A program made the position numbers and the translations under genes. Positions 37,662-46,978 of a DNA stretch of 64,000 nt are shown piece by piece; the first letter of the stretch is position 1; every line of letters begins with the position of its first letter. Under the pieces are notes generated by a model, which was not told the DNA's origin, did no database searches, and saw only the letters and a program-made list of their open reading frames with translations. Source of the DNA: an uncultured Ignavibacteria bacterium. GTDB lineage: Bacteria > Bacteroidota > Ignavibacteria > SZUA-365. The stretch covers positions 127,556 to 191,555 of the forward strand of contig CAJXVM010000004.1 of the NCBI GenBank assembly GCA_913061095.1, read 5' to 3'.

Positions 37662-38570
37662 CTATGCGCTGCCGCGCAGCTCATCGAGTGTGCCTGCGGT
37701 GCGGCAGGGCAGATCGGGATTGACGCGCTTGAGCAGTCCCTGGAGCACATTCCCCGGACCGCTTTCGATGAACTGTTCCACGCCGTCGGCGATCATGTTC
37801 TCCATGGATTTCTGCCAGAGCACCGGACTGGTCACCTGCCTGAGCAGGTTCTCGCGGATGTCCGCGGCGTCGCGTTCGGGTCCGGCCGTCACGTTGGAAT
37901 ACACCGGGAAGCGGGCATCGCTGATCGGGGTCTGCTCCAGCACCGCCCCCAGCTCATCCTGCGCGTACTGCATCAGCGGGGAATGGAAGGCGCCGGAGAC
38001 GGGCAGCTTCTTGACGATGCGCACGCCTTTCTCTTTCAGCAGTGCCATGGCGCGGTCCACACCGTCGATGCTGCCGGAGATGACGATCTGTCCGGGAGAA
38101 TTGAAGTTGGCGGGCTGCACGATGCCGGTGTCGGCTGCCTCGGCACAGACCTCCTCGACCAGCGCGGGCTCGGCGCCGATCACGGCGGCCATGGTGCCCG
38201 GTGAGCGCGTGCCGGATTCCTGCATCAGTTCCCCGCGCTTCCTGACAAGGCGCATGCCGTCTTCGAAGGTCAGCGCACCGGCGGCAACCAGCGCGCTGTA
38301 TTCCCCGAGTGAATGCCCGGCGGCGGCGCTGATATCCTCATCGATGAGTTCGGCGGCGATGACACTGTGTACGAAAATTGCCGGCTGTGTGTAGCGGGTC
38401 TGCTTGAGTTCTTCGGCGGGACCCTCGAAACAGATGCGCTTCAGATCCGTGCCCATGATGTCGTTGGCGATATCGAACAGTTCGCGCGCACGGGCGACGT
38501 CGTCGTGCAGATCCCTGCCCATGCCGACGTACTGCGATGCCTGTCCGGGAAAAAGCAGTGCGTTCTTCAT
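37662..38570 (-). CDS. fabD: Malonyl CoA-ACP transacylase
   Basis: GQGSQ-like N-terminus and active site GHSLGEYSAL. Confidence 0.9.
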   Translation of the reverse strand: MKNALLFPGQASQYVGMGRDLHDDVARARELFDIANDIMGTDLKRICFEGPAEELKQTRYTQPAIFVHSVIAAELIDEDISAAAGHSLGEYSALVAAGALTFEDGMRLVRKRGELMQESGTRSPGTMAAVIGAEPALVEEVCAEAADTGIVQPANFNSPGQIVISGSIDGVDRAMALLKEKGVRIVKKLPVSGAFHSPLMQYAQDELGAVLEQTPISDARFPVYSNVTAGPERDAADIRENLLRQVTSPVLWQKSMENMIADGVEQFIESGPGNVLQGLLKRVNPDLPCRTAGTLDELRGSA

Positions 38571-38579
38571 GTCACCTCC

Positions 38580-39566
38580 TCAGATCGACCAGCGGACGTA
38601 TGTGCCGCCCCAGGTGTATCCGGCACCGAATGCCGCGAGCACGAGGTTGTCGCCCCGCTTGAGGCGGCCGTCGCCGTAATACTCGGCGAGACAGCTCGGA
38701 ATGGTGGCCGCGGTGGTGTTCCCGTACCGGTCGATGTTGACCATGACGCGTTCCATCGGCAGGCCCATGCGGTCGGCGGTGGACTGAATGATGCGCATGT
38801 TCGCCTGATGCGGAACGAGGTATGCGACATCCTCGGATGTCAGATTGTTGCGGCGCATGATCTCGAGCGAAACATCGGCCATACCGACCACGGCGACCTT
38901 GAACACCGCGCGGCCGTCCTGGTAGATGTAATGCATCTTGTTGTCCACGGTATCATGCGTGGGTGGATTCCAGCTGCCGCCGCCTTTCATGTGCAGGGCT
39001 TCCATCCCGGACCCGTCGAGGAAATTGATGGCGTCCAGCACACCGTATCCCTCTTCCTCGCTCGGCTCGAGCAGCACGGCGGCCCCGCCGTCGCCGAACA
39101 GGATGGCGATGTTGCGGTCGCTGTAGTCGGTAATGGCCGACATCTTGTCGGCGCCGATTACCAGCACGCGCCTGTACCTGCCTGACTCGATGAACTGCAT
39201 GCCTGTCGTCAGCGCGTAGAGAAAACCGGAGCAGGCGCCGCTGAGATCGAATCCCCACGCATTTTTCGCGCCCAGCTTGTGCTGCACGAGCGCGGCGGTG
39301 CTGGGGAAGAACATGTCGGGTGTTACCGTGGCGATGATGATAAGATCGATATCTTCGGGACCGATGCCGCGCTGGTCGAGCGTGCGGCGCGCGGCTTCGA
39401 CGGCGAGATCGGACGTAGCGCCTTCTTCAAGAATGCGGCGCTCGCGGATCCCGGTGCGGGTGACGATCCACTCGTCGGTGGTGTCTAGATATGACTCGAA
39501 ATACTTGTTGTCCAGCACCTTGTCCGGTGCATAATGCCCTACGGCAGTGATGGCGGCAGTAATCAT
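38580..39566 (-). CDS. fabH: Beta-ketoacyl-ACP synthase III
   Basis: The true start [14 protein letters not shown] sits 19 nt after the plsX stop. The protein is FabH-like with the ACSGF active-site Cys. Confidence 0.85.
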   Translation of the reverse strand: MITAAITAVGHYAPDKVLDNKYFESYLDTTDEWIVTRTGIRERRILEEGATSDLAVEAARRTLDQRGIGPEDIDLIIIATVTPDMFFPSTAALVQHKLGAKNAWGFDLSGACSGFLYALTTGMQFIESGRYRRVLVIGADKMSAITDYSDRNIAILFGDGGAAVLLEPSEEEGYGVLDAINFLDGSGMEALHMKGGGSWNPPTHDTVDNKMHYIYQDGRAVFKVAVVGMADVSLEIMRRNNLTSEDVAYLVPHQANMRIIQSTADRMGLPMERVMVNIDRYGNTTAATIPSCLAEYYGDGRLKRGDNLVLAAFGAGYTWGGTYVRWSI

Positions 39567-39585
39567 GGGGTTTCCCGATTCCATT

Positions 39586-40587
39586 TCATGAGGTTGTGGC
39601 GGAGGCCATCGCTTCACGGATGGTCTCGTTGACACGGCGGTCGAGCATCTCCTTTGCGCGGAAAATCATGTTCATGATCGCTTTCGGCGTGGAGCTGCCG
39701 TGGCCGATAATGCTGATGCCGTTGACACCCAGCAGCGGCACGCCGCCGTGTTCCTGATAATCCCAGTCCCGGATCATTCCCTTGAGCGTCTTGCCCATCA
39801 GTCCGGCCCAGATCTTGTGCAGTGGACCGCGATCGGCGAATTCCAGGAATTTGTGCTTGAGCAGCCCGGGGAAGGATTCTGCGAATTTCAGTATGATGTT
39901 GCCCGTGAAGCCGTCGCACACGACGACATCGACGGTGCCCTTGAGAATGTCCCGTCCCTCCACATTGCCGGCGAAATTGATATCCGCCCGGTCCAGAAGC
40001 GGCCAGGCATCGATGGATACGTCATTGCCTTTACTCTTCTCCTCGCCGACATTCAGCAGTCCGACCTTCGGACGCGGGCGCTGCATCATGAGTTCGGTGA
40101 ACACGCTGCCCATGATGCCGAACTGTGCCAGGTGCGAGGGTTTGCTGTCGACGTTCGCGCCGGCGTCGATAAGCAGCACCGGGCCTTTCTGCGAAGGGAG
40201 GAAGGTCCCGATTGTCGGACGCTCCACGCCGGGCAGCCGTCCCAGGATCAGTGTCGAAAGCGCCATGACCGCGCCGGTATTCCCGGCACTGACGAAGCCC
40301 TGCACTTCTCCGTCGCGCTGTTTCTCGAGGGCGACGTACATCGATGACCCACGCTTCTGCTTCATGGCGACGGCAACGGAATCGTGCATCCCGACGGTCT
40401 CCACCGTTGACAGGATCTCGATTCCGTCGGGGATGGGAGAGGGAAGATGCCGACGGATCTCCGCGTCATCTCCTGCGAGCAGAACGCGGAAATCACATCG
40501 TGGATCGCGGATACAAGACAGTACTCCCTCGACGACGTTTCGAGGGGCATAGTCCCCGCCCATTGCGTCAACAGCAATTGTCACCAC
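39586..40587 (-). CDS. plsX: Phosphate acyltransferase
   Basis: [15 protein letters not shown] is the canonical PlsX N-terminus. Confidence 0.9.
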   Translation of the reverse strand: MVTIAVDAMGGDYAPRNVVEGVLSCIRDPRCDFRVLLAGDDAEIRRHLPSPIPDGIEILSTVETVGMHDSVAVAMKQKRGSSMYVALEKQRDGEVQGFVSAGNTGAVMALSTLILGRLPGVERPTIGTFLPSQKGPVLLIDAGANVDSKPSHLAQFGIMGSVFTELMMQRPRPKVGLLNVGEEKSKGNDVSIDAWPLLDRADINFAGNVEGRDILKGTVDVVVCDGFTGNIILKFAESFPGLLKHKFLEFADRGPLHKIWAGLMGKTLKGMIRDWDYQEHGGVPLLGVNGISIIGHGSSTPKAIMNMIFRAKEMLDRRVNETIREAMASATTS

Positions 40588-40626
40588 GACAGGCGCCTTC
40601 CGTCCTGACCGCGTAAGCGGCCGGGA

Positions 40627-40806
40627 TCAGAGTTTGGGAGTGATGATGGAACGGCCGTTGTAATATCCGCAGTTCGGACACACACGGTGCTGCAGCTTGG
40701 TCTCGCCGCAGTTGTCACACGTTGCCGTCGAAGCGGCCTTGGCCTTGTAATGCGTGCGGCGCTTGGCCGTGCGGGCCTTCGAATGGCGATGAGTGGGATT
40801 GGGCAT
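40627..40806 (-). CDS. rpmF: 50S ribosomal protein L32
   Basis: Not in the ORF track (59 aa). Reverse complement translates to MPNPTHRHSKARTAKRRTHYKAKAASTATCDNCGETKLQHRVCPNCGYYNGRSIITPKL, with GGAG upstream. It is in the conserved yceD-rpmF-plsX position. Confidence 0.9.
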   Translation of the reverse strand: MPNPTHRHSKARTAKRRTHYKAKAASTATCDNCGETKLQHRVCPNCGYYNGRSIITPKL

Positions 40807-40846
40807 GACAGTCTCCGAATAAGAATATTCTGTATTGCGTTACGAT

Positions 40847-41362
40847 TTATCTGTCGAGATCGAGTTTTTTCAGCGCATCCCAGCGGGGATCTTCGCGCGT
40901 CTGCTTTTCGGCGCGTATGGCGTCCGGGATCGGTTTGCGGCAGGTCGGATTCCCCTCGGCGTCTTCGCCACAAATGCGGCGCATGGGGATACAGAGCACC
41001 GCGGCGTCGCGCACATCCTCGGCGATGTCCACGGTGGGGTCATGCACCGGAATTTCCCGGATGTCGGATTCTCCATCCCCGGAACCGGAATTATCATGCG
41101 CGTATACCAGTACGAAATCCGTGGTCACGGGAATCCGCACGGGATCCAGGCATCGGTCACAGGGATATGTCGCCGCCGTTTCGACCTGCACATGCAGTGC
41201 GATCTGGCTGTGCGTCTTGTCGAGATCGACATGCACGGATACGGGTTCACCGAATTCCTCGGGCAAATCAATCTCATCGGGAGCCACGGAGTAATCGAGT
41301 TCGTGACGCCCGTCGACCAGACCGGAAAGGCGAACAGGAATATGTTTTTGCTTTTTGTTCAT
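40847..41362 (-). CDS. yceD: YceD/DUF177 family protein (large-subunit rRNA accumulation protein)
   Basis: Conserved position upstream of rpmF. The internal start is MNKKQKHIPVRL. The CxxC...CxxC pair CDRCLD...CRK is typical of DUF177. Confidence 0.7.
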   Translation of the reverse strand: MNKKQKHIPVRLSGLVDGRHELDYSVAPDEIDLPEEFGEPVSVHVDLDKTHSQIALHVQVETAATYPCDRCLDPVRIPVTTDFVLVYAHDNSGSGDGESDIREIPVHDPTVDIAEDVRDAAVLCIPMRRICGEDAEGNPTCRKPIPDAIRAEKQTREDPRWDALKKLDLDR

Positions 41363-41430
41363 GTCCGGTCCTTCCAAGTCATGCAATTTATGGAAATTCC
41401 GTGCATCGTGCAAGTTGCGGCGGTGCCGCG

Positions 41431-41459
41431 TTGCCTTCATTCCGAAAATCTTGTATATT
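41431..41459 (+). promoter_or_regulatory. Sigma70-like promoter for tRNA-His (TTGCCT-17nt-TATATT)
   Basis: ttgccttcattccgaaaatcttgtatatt lies ~15 nt upstream of the tRNA 5' end. Confidence 0.5.
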
Positions 41460-41474
41460 GTCATGCTTCAACAT

Positions 41475-41548
41475 GGTGAGCGTAGCTCAGTTGGTAGAGC
41501 ATCAGATTGTGGCTCTGAGGGTCGCGGGTTCAAGCCCCGTCGCTCACC
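41475..41548 (+). tRNA. tRNA-His (anticodon GUG) with encoded G-1
   Basis: GGTGAGCGTAGCTCAGTTGGTAGAGCATCAGATTGTGGCTCTGAGGGTCGCGGGTTCAAGCCCCGTCGCTCACC. The anticodon stem is TCAGA/TCTGA with loop TTGTGGC. The extra 5' G is characteristic of tRNA-His. Confidence 0.9.
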
Positions 41549-41558
41549 CCTCCAAACA

Positions 41559-41590
41559 AACGGTCCCGCCTCGCGGGACCGTCTGCTTTT
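41559..41590. terminator. Bidirectional intrinsic terminator (tRNA-His and nrfA)
   Basis: CGGTCCCGC-ctc-GCGGGACCG is flanked by aaacaaa and tctgctttt. Confidence 0.75.
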
Positions 41591-41650
41591 GATTTCCATC
41601 CGTGTCTTCGTGCCTTTGCGCCTTCGTGCTTCAAAGACACACATTATCAC

Positions 41651-43120
41651 TCAATACTTCGCCTGCCGTACCTCCGCCTGCTTGTCCCACTTCGGCACCA
41701 CCGTCTCCATGAATTCCTTCTTTTCCGCACGGAATTTCTCCATGTCCAGCCCCAGATACTCCTGGGCCTTCGCCTTCGTTGAAATATCCGGCAGTGGAAT
41801 TTCGTCAGTGTACCCGTGCCGTGCGAGCACGCGCACGATCTTCGTCCGTGCCCGTTCGGCTTTCTCGATCGACGCGCCCAGCGTCCGCGCCGCCTCGACC
41901 GGCGAGTGGAAGCCCATCGCGTTTGATGCCGAGACGTAATCCCAGCGCCATTGTGCGTGGCGGATCAGTGTGAGCACCGGCTCCATTTCCTGCCCGGTTG
42001 CGCCCTTATCCCAGGCAAATTTCGCCTCGATATGCGCCTTTGCCAGCGCGTCTTCGGCGCGTTCACGGAGCTCCTCGATATTGTCCTGCCGCTGATAGAC
42101 GTCCTTACGCAGCTGCTCCTCGCTCTCGCGATGACAGACCTGGCAGGATGTCGAGATGGTCGCGAGCGGACTCATGATCTGGTGATTGGTGAACTTGACG
42201 CCGCCCTCGCTGCGGTAGGGCATGTGGCAGTCGGCGCAGGAGACCCCGCGGCTGGCGTGAACGCCCGTCATGTAGATTTCATAATCGGGATGCTGCGCCT
42301 TGATGATGGGAGTCTTGCTGAGCGCGTGCACGAAATCCACGTGCTCGATCTCGTCGTAATACGTCTCCATGTTCTCCGCGCTGTAGCCGTTATCCCACGG
42401 GAAGGTGAGGTACTTCTCTTCCTTCCCCTTGAAATAATATTCCACATGGCACTGTGCGCAGACGAGTGAGCGCATCTCCTGATGGGATGCCTCCTCGATG
42501 CGTTTCCCCTGACGTTCGAAAGCCTCGATCAGCGCGGGACGCGTGATGCGGAGGTTCATCGTTTTGGGATCGTGACAGTCCTGACAGCCGATGTTGTTGA
42601 CGATCTCCGGACCGAGCTCTTCCCAGGAGGCCTTGTAGAATTCGCCGACGCCGCGTTCCTCCATGACGCGCGGCACATCGGTGCTCTTGCATGTCCAGCA
42701 TGTGGCTGGCTGCGAAACCCTCGTACGCAGCGTCTTGCGGATATCTTCGACGGCGTGGTAATGGCCGCGTCCCTGGTTGTAATCGTGGGAGAATGAATAC
42801 CCCGCCCAGAGAATGACGAGATTCGGATAGCGTTCGAGGTGGTCGATGACCGAATTCCCACCATGCCTGCTCGTAAAGCCGGTGTCGGCCGTGGCGGCAT
42901 AGGTTTCGTATTCACGGGGATAATTCTCTCCCCAGACCTCGTTACGCGGCTCCCATTCGTCGATGGGTTCCACCTGCACGACGAGATCCGCCTCGTCGCG
43001 GCGCTCGACAATCGATGCGGCGAGCAGCCCGATGAGAAAGACAACGACGACGGTTCCGAGGAAGAGCGTCCAGCCCAGCCAGGGCTTTTCCTGGACGATG
43101 TCCATGATGCGGCGTTTCAT
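41651..43120 (-). CDS. nrfA: Cytochrome c nitrite reductase (ammonia-forming) pentahaem subunit
   Basis: CWTCKS is the NrfA-specific CxxCK haem-1 motif. CQDCH, CAQCH, CADCH and CQVCH follow. The internal start MKRRIMDIVQEKPWLGW has an AGGAGAA RBS and sits 19 nt after the nrfH stop. Confidence 0.9.
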   Translation of the reverse strand: MKRRIMDIVQEKPWLGWTLFLGTVVVVFLIGLLAASIVERRDEADLVVQVEPIDEWEPRNEVWGENYPREYETYAATADTGFTSRHGGNSVIDHLERYPNLVILWAGYSFSHDYNQGRGHYHAVEDIRKTLRTRVSQPATCWTCKSTDVPRVMEERGVGEFYKASWEELGPEIVNNIGCQDCHDPKTMNLRITRPALIEAFERQGKRIEEASHQEMRSLVCAQCHVEYYFKGKEEKYLTFPWDNGYSAENMETYYDEIEHVDFVHALSKTPIIKAQHPDYEIYMTGVHASRGVSCADCHMPYRSEGGVKFTNHQIMSPLATISTSCQVCHRESEEQLRKDVYQRQDNIEELRERAEDALAKAHIEAKFAWDKGATGQEMEPVLTLIRHAQWRWDYVSASNAMGFHSPVEAARTLGASIEKAERARTKIVRVLARHGYTDEIPLPDISTKAKAQEYLGLDMEKFRAEKKEFMETVVPKWDKQAEVRQAKY

Positions 43121-43139
43121 GTGTTCTCCTGTAAGTGCG

Positions 43140-43736
43140 CTATTGATTCTGTGGTGTGTCTTCGAGATAGTCGCGCAGCCATTTCGGGGCGACCGGACCG
43201 GGCAACGGCACGCGCGCATACGGCGTGGATGCCAGACTGTTCACACGCCCGTGGGGTACCTCGCGGTGGCAATCCCAGCAGAGCAGCCCCTCTTTCGCGG
43301 CCGCATGCATCGCGGTTACGCTCGTGGCGGAAACCTCGTGCACGAGATCCCCGTGACAGCGGATACAGTTCTCCTGCACGACGTCGATGCCGGCCTGCTT
43401 GATGCGGATGACCTGCGGCTCGAGGCGCAGCGTGAACATCGTGGCGTGGCGGAGCCCGTCACTTGCCTTGAAGGCGTAGGTGCGCAGGGGGTTGTCATGC
43501 GGGACGTGACAGTCGTTGCAGGTGGTGCCGCGACCGTGGCTGCTGTTGCGCCAGGTCACGTACTGCGGCGCCATGACATGACAGTTGACGCAGGCGCGCG
43601 GGTCGTCGGACAGGTAGGATACCGCGTTCGAGATGTAAAGCACGAACGCGCCGAGACCCGCCAGGATGCCGACGATGATCAGCACCGGCAGGCGCCACTT
43701 CGGGGGAGGGATGAAGAATTGCAGGGGACGAAACAT
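43140..43736 (-). CDS. nrfH: Cytochrome c nitrite reductase small subunit, NapC/NirT-family tetrahaem quinol dehydrogenase
   Basis: N-terminal TM helix plus four CxxCH motifs (CVNCH, CNDCH, CIRCH, CWDCH). The gene is directly upstream of nrfA. Confidence 0.85.
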   Translation of the reverse strand: MFRPLQFFIPPPKWRLPVLIIVGILAGLGAFVLYISNAVSYLSDDPRACVNCHVMAPQYVTWRNSSHGRGTTCNDCHVPHDNPLRTYAFKASDGLRHATMFTLRLEPQVIRIKQAGIDVVQENCIRCHGDLVHEVSATSVTAMHAAAKEGLLCWDCHREVPHGRVNSLASTPYARVPLPGPVAPKWLRDYLEDTPQNQ

Positions 43737-43866
43737 GTCTTCTCTGTGCCTGTTTCACGTGTTCTCGGGAGCTGACGGCGACCGGGTGGATCGCGTATTC
43801 TCAAGTGGCAGCGTTCGCGTCAATCGCATCCCATTGGACGGAGGCGATCGACGCGAACACATGCTG

Positions 43867-45129
43867 TCAGAAATTGACCGTGGTCATCAGGTAGCCCCAG
43901 TTCGCCGCGTCGGCGGTACCGGGCAGAAGGGGACGGTTTTCGCTGCCGCTGAACATGGAATATCCGAGTGTCATGTTGACGGCATCGGCGATGGTCCATT
44001 TTGCGTATGCATCGATCTCGGTGCCGATGGATTGCTCGAATTCTGCGGACGACCCGCCGCGCTCCGCCGGATCGATCACCGTGGAGAACAGATGCACATC
44101 CGCACCGACGGTCAGTCCTCCGGCGGGAACAAGGCTCGCCTGCACGATGATGTTCTGCAGGCCGAGTTCATCGGTATGCAGCGGGATGTTCGTGAAGTAA
44201 TCCATGTGTCCGTAGGACCGATGATTCGAGGCGTACAGCGTGTTGAACGCGCCGTAGGTGTCCGGGTCATCGGGATCCTGACCGGAGAGGCGGTCGATGC
44301 CGGCGCCGAGACGGAGCTCCGCCAGGTTCTCAAAAGTATATCCGAGGCGCACGCCGATGAGGTTGGCGCTGATGTCGCGGCTCTCCGAACCGGGTGCGAG
44401 CGGCATGTAGTCACCGGTCTGCAGCGCGGCGTCGACTTTATAGTCGAAGTTCCCGGCCTGGCCGGCGGAATAGAAACCTGCCGTCATGCGGTTCTGGCGC
44501 ACCGTGCCGCCTTCGGGCACAGATGATCCCTCGGGATTATCGTAGAGCAGGAATCCCTCGACCGTGTAATCCCGCTCGGCGGGAGCCCAGACGGCCCAGC
44601 CGCCTGCGAGGAAGACGTCGCGCATGTAATCGGGATTGACGGGATTCCGCGTGACCGCGGCGCCGATGGCGTCGAAGCTGAATTCTCCCCCGGTGAGACG
44701 CAGCACGCCGGCGTCGAAGCTGCGGCTGAAGTTGTTCCACGGCGACTCGCCGAGCAGACGCTGATTGCCGTATGCCAGCACCTGGCGTCCGAGTTTGAAG
44801 GACAGCAGTCCGTCCGCAAGTCCGGTCACCTCGACGAATCCCTGGCGCAGATCGAAATGGGCCGCACCGGTATTGAGCACACTGGCTTCCTGCCCGAACG
44901 TGCGGGCGTCCTGCAGTTCGGCCACCACGCGTACCTGCTCGTTTACCTGCGCATCCGCGCGCAGGCGCACCCGCAGCACGTGGTACACGTCATGATGACT
45001 CTCCTCGAAAAAGCTTCTGTCGTCGAACTCGCTTCTCTCGCGGAAATGTCCGGAAAACTCGACGTTCTGCGCGGGAAGCACGGCGGTGGAGAAGAGAAAA
45101 ACGCAGAGAATCGCAAGTATGTGTTTCAT
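43867..45129 (-). CDS. Outer-membrane beta-barrel porin (alginate-export/AlgE-like family)
   Basis: Signal peptide MKHILAILCVFLFSTAVLPAQ. The pattern of alternating residues is beta-rich, and the protein ends in a C-terminal F. Confidence 0.55.
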   Translation of the reverse strand: MKHILAILCVFLFSTAVLPAQNVEFSGHFRERSEFDDRSFFEESHHDVYHVLRVRLRADAQVNEQVRVVAELQDARTFGQEASVLNTGAAHFDLRQGFVEVTGLADGLLSFKLGRQVLAYGNQRLLGESPWNNFSRSFDAGVLRLTGGEFSFDAIGAAVTRNPVNPDYMRDVFLAGGWAVWAPAERDYTVEGFLLYDNPEGSSVPEGGTVRQNRMTAGFYSAGQAGNFDYKVDAALQTGDYMPLAPGSESRDISANLIGVRLGYTFENLAELRLGAGIDRLSGQDPDDPDTYGAFNTLYASNHRSYGHMDYFTNIPLHTDELGLQNIIVQASLVPAGGLTVGADVHLFSTVIDPAERGGSSAEFEQSIGTEIDAYAKWTIADAVNMTLGYSMFSGSENRPLLPGTADAANWGYLMTTVNF

Positions 45130-45165
45130 GATCGGAGCCCTTTAAAATTGGTGATGATCGTACGT

Positions 45166-46308
45166 TTACCGGACGCCGCTTCCGGCGCCGCCACTGTTCT
45201 CGCGCCAGCGGGTCTGATCGACATCCCGCGAAGACCGGCCGTTCTGCCGGGCGGTGTTCTCCTGCGGAGCGCTGCCCTGATTGTGCCGGTAGATCGGATT
45301 GTCGATATCCTTGATGCGCCGCGAGTACTCGGCTTCACCGACGATGCTGTGCCAGTTGCCTGTCAGCATGGCCAGTCCGGTGACCAGAACGAAAACGCCG
45401 ACCACGGCGGCGGCGACCCAGGCCGGCCGCACGGCGCGGCGGCTTCTGCGCGATGCCTTCAGCTGCAGCGTTTCCCTGACGGGACACGCCGCGACACATG
45501 CCATACAGGTCGTGCATTCGTCCGACATGACCGTATGAACACGATCGACGGCAATACGGTTCGGACACACTTTCGCGCATTTCGAGCAGTCGATGCAGCT
45601 CTCCGCGTTGCGCGTGATGCGAAACGGGCTCAACAGGCCGGTGATGCCAAGCAGGGCTCCGTAGGGGCAGAGGTAACGGCACCAGAAATTCCGGATCACG
45701 AGCGAAAAGGCAACGAGCACTCCGATGACGATCAGGGAGAACTGACTGATATTCTTGAAAAACAGAAACATTTTTACGTCAGCGACGCGATTGTACGGAC
45801 TGTCGAGAAACATCCGCAGGGAGAGGGCGTCCATCTGGAAAAACACAACATATATAAGGAAGGCCAGCATGAGGTATTTCAGCGAGCGCAGCGGATAATC
45901 GAGCCACTTCCACACGCGGAAATTCCGGCCGAACAGCTTTTTCCCGAATTCCCCGATGTTCTCCGAAAGCGTGCCGACAGGACACAGCCAGCTGCAGAAG
46001 GATTTCTTCAGAAGAACGGACATCGCGATGATGGCGATGAGGATGGACAGTCCCGCCGGATGCACCGGGTGGATGCTGCCGTCCAGCATCAGATACCAGA
46101 GGCTCATCAGCGCGGAGATGGGGAGAAAGCCCTCCACGCCCGGGGGACGCGCAACCTGCACGGCGCCGCTGCCTTCGTGCCAGTAATACCACAGGGTGAA
46201 TTCCACACCGATCCAGAGGCAGAGCGCGATGAACGCCGCCTGCACCCAGAAGCGCAGCTGCTGACTGTCTGGCGTCTTCCATTTCCGTATGTGTATGTGC
46301 CACTTCAT
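45166..46308 (-). CDS. NapH/MauN-family membrane-bound polyferredoxin (two 4Fe-4S CxxCxxCxxxCP motifs plus two CX3CP motifs)
   Basis: CIDCSKCAKVCP and CTTCMACVAACP. CSWLCP and CRYLCPYG lie in TM regions. Confidence 0.7.
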   Translation of the reverse strand: MKWHIHIRKWKTPDSQQLRFWVQAAFIALCLWIGVEFTLWYYWHEGSGAVQVARPPGVEGFLPISALMSLWYLMLDGSIHPVHPAGLSILIAIIAMSVLLKKSFCSWLCPVGTLSENIGEFGKKLFGRNFRVWKWLDYPLRSLKYLMLAFLIYVVFFQMDALSLRMFLDSPYNRVADVKMFLFFKNISQFSLIVIGVLVAFSLVIRNFWCRYLCPYGALLGITGLLSPFRITRNAESCIDCSKCAKVCPNRIAVDRVHTVMSDECTTCMACVAACPVRETLQLKASRRSRRAVRPAWVAAAVVGVFVLVTGLAMLTGNWHSIVGEAEYSRRIKDIDNPIYRHNQGSAPQENTARQNGRSSRDVDQTRWRENSGGAGSGVR

Positions 46309-46351
46309 TATAGATACTCGACTCTAATATCGATTTTATGGATAAAAAAAC

Positions 46352-46804
46352 TCAGCCTTTCGCCGCGTATTCCGCGAGCACATGGGCGATTTTCTCGCGG
46401 GAGAGCGGGAGGAGGTCGGCGAGGCTGTCTTCCGAGAGCATGCCGCGGATCTGGTCGCGCACGGCGCCCCAGCGGTCGTGCACGGGACATGGTTTCCCGG
46501 TGCCGCATCCCGGGAAGCCGAGGACGCAGCTTTCGAGGAAGTCGAGTCCGTCAATGGCATCCACCACGTCGATCAGGCGAATCTTTTCCGGCGAGCGCTG
46601 AAGGGTGAATCCGCCATGCACGCCCTTGTAGGATTTCAGCACGTCTTTTTCGCTGAGTGCCTGCAGAATTTTCGCAAGGAAATGCACCGGGATGTTGAGT
46701 TCCGCCGCGATCTCCTTGATCCCCACGCGACGGTCCGGTTTCGTGGCGATGTACAATGTCGCCTGTATCCCGTATTCGCACGCCCGTGAAAAAATGATTG
46801 ACAT
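46352..46804 (-). CDS. Rrf2-family Fe-S transcriptional regulator (NsrR/IscR-like)
   Basis: N-terminal wHTH YGIQATLYIA...GIKEIAAELNIPVHFLAKILQAL, and a three-Cys cluster CVLGFPGCGTGKPC. Confidence 0.85.
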   Translation of the reverse strand: MSIIFSRACEYGIQATLYIATKPDRRVGIKEIAAELNIPVHFLAKILQALSEKDVLKSYKGVHGGFTLQRSPEKIRLIDVVDAIDGLDFLESCVLGFPGCGTGKPCPVHDRWGAVRDQIRGMLSEDSLADLLPLSREKIAHVLAEYAAKG

Positions 46805-46828
46805 GATTCAGAAACTCGACTCTGTTAT

Positions 46829-46867
46829 CTACATTCGTAATGTAGCGCTTCCGCGGACATGAGTCAA
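46829..46867 (-). promoter_or_regulatory. Sigma70-like promoter (TTGACT-17-TACATT) of the nsrR operon, overlapped at -10 by a perfect 7-bp inverted repeat CTACATT-cgt-AATGTAG (putative Rrf2/NsrR operator)
   Basis: Reverse complement reads cgcTTGACTcatgtccgcggaagcgcTACATTacgAATGTAGataac, ending ~25 nt before the ATG. The half-site ACATT/AATGT resembles NsrR-box half-sites. Confidence 0.55.
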
Positions 46868-46881
46868 GCGGAAATGGAAGC

Positions 46882-46960
46882 GTCATGCAGCTTCCCCGCA
46901 TCATGCAGCTTCCCCGCGTCATGCAGTACGCCCACGGGTCATGCTGAGCCCGTCGAAGCA
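46882..46960. repeat. Phased TCATGC-containing direct repeats (2 perfect 18-bp units + 3 degenerate, spacing 18-20 bp)
   Basis: gtcatgcagcttccccgc a tcatgcagcttccccgc g tcatgcagtacgcccacggg tcatgctgagcccgtcgaa gcatg. It lies upstream of the nsrR promoter. Confidence 0.5.
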
Positions 46961-46978
46961 TGTCGCGCCCTCGCCGCA

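Noticed and set aside
41355-41939. 194-aa plus-strand ORF spanning tRNA-His and its terminator
   Set aside because: It runs through a tRNA gene and a strong terminator and is antisense to nrfA. It is not coding.
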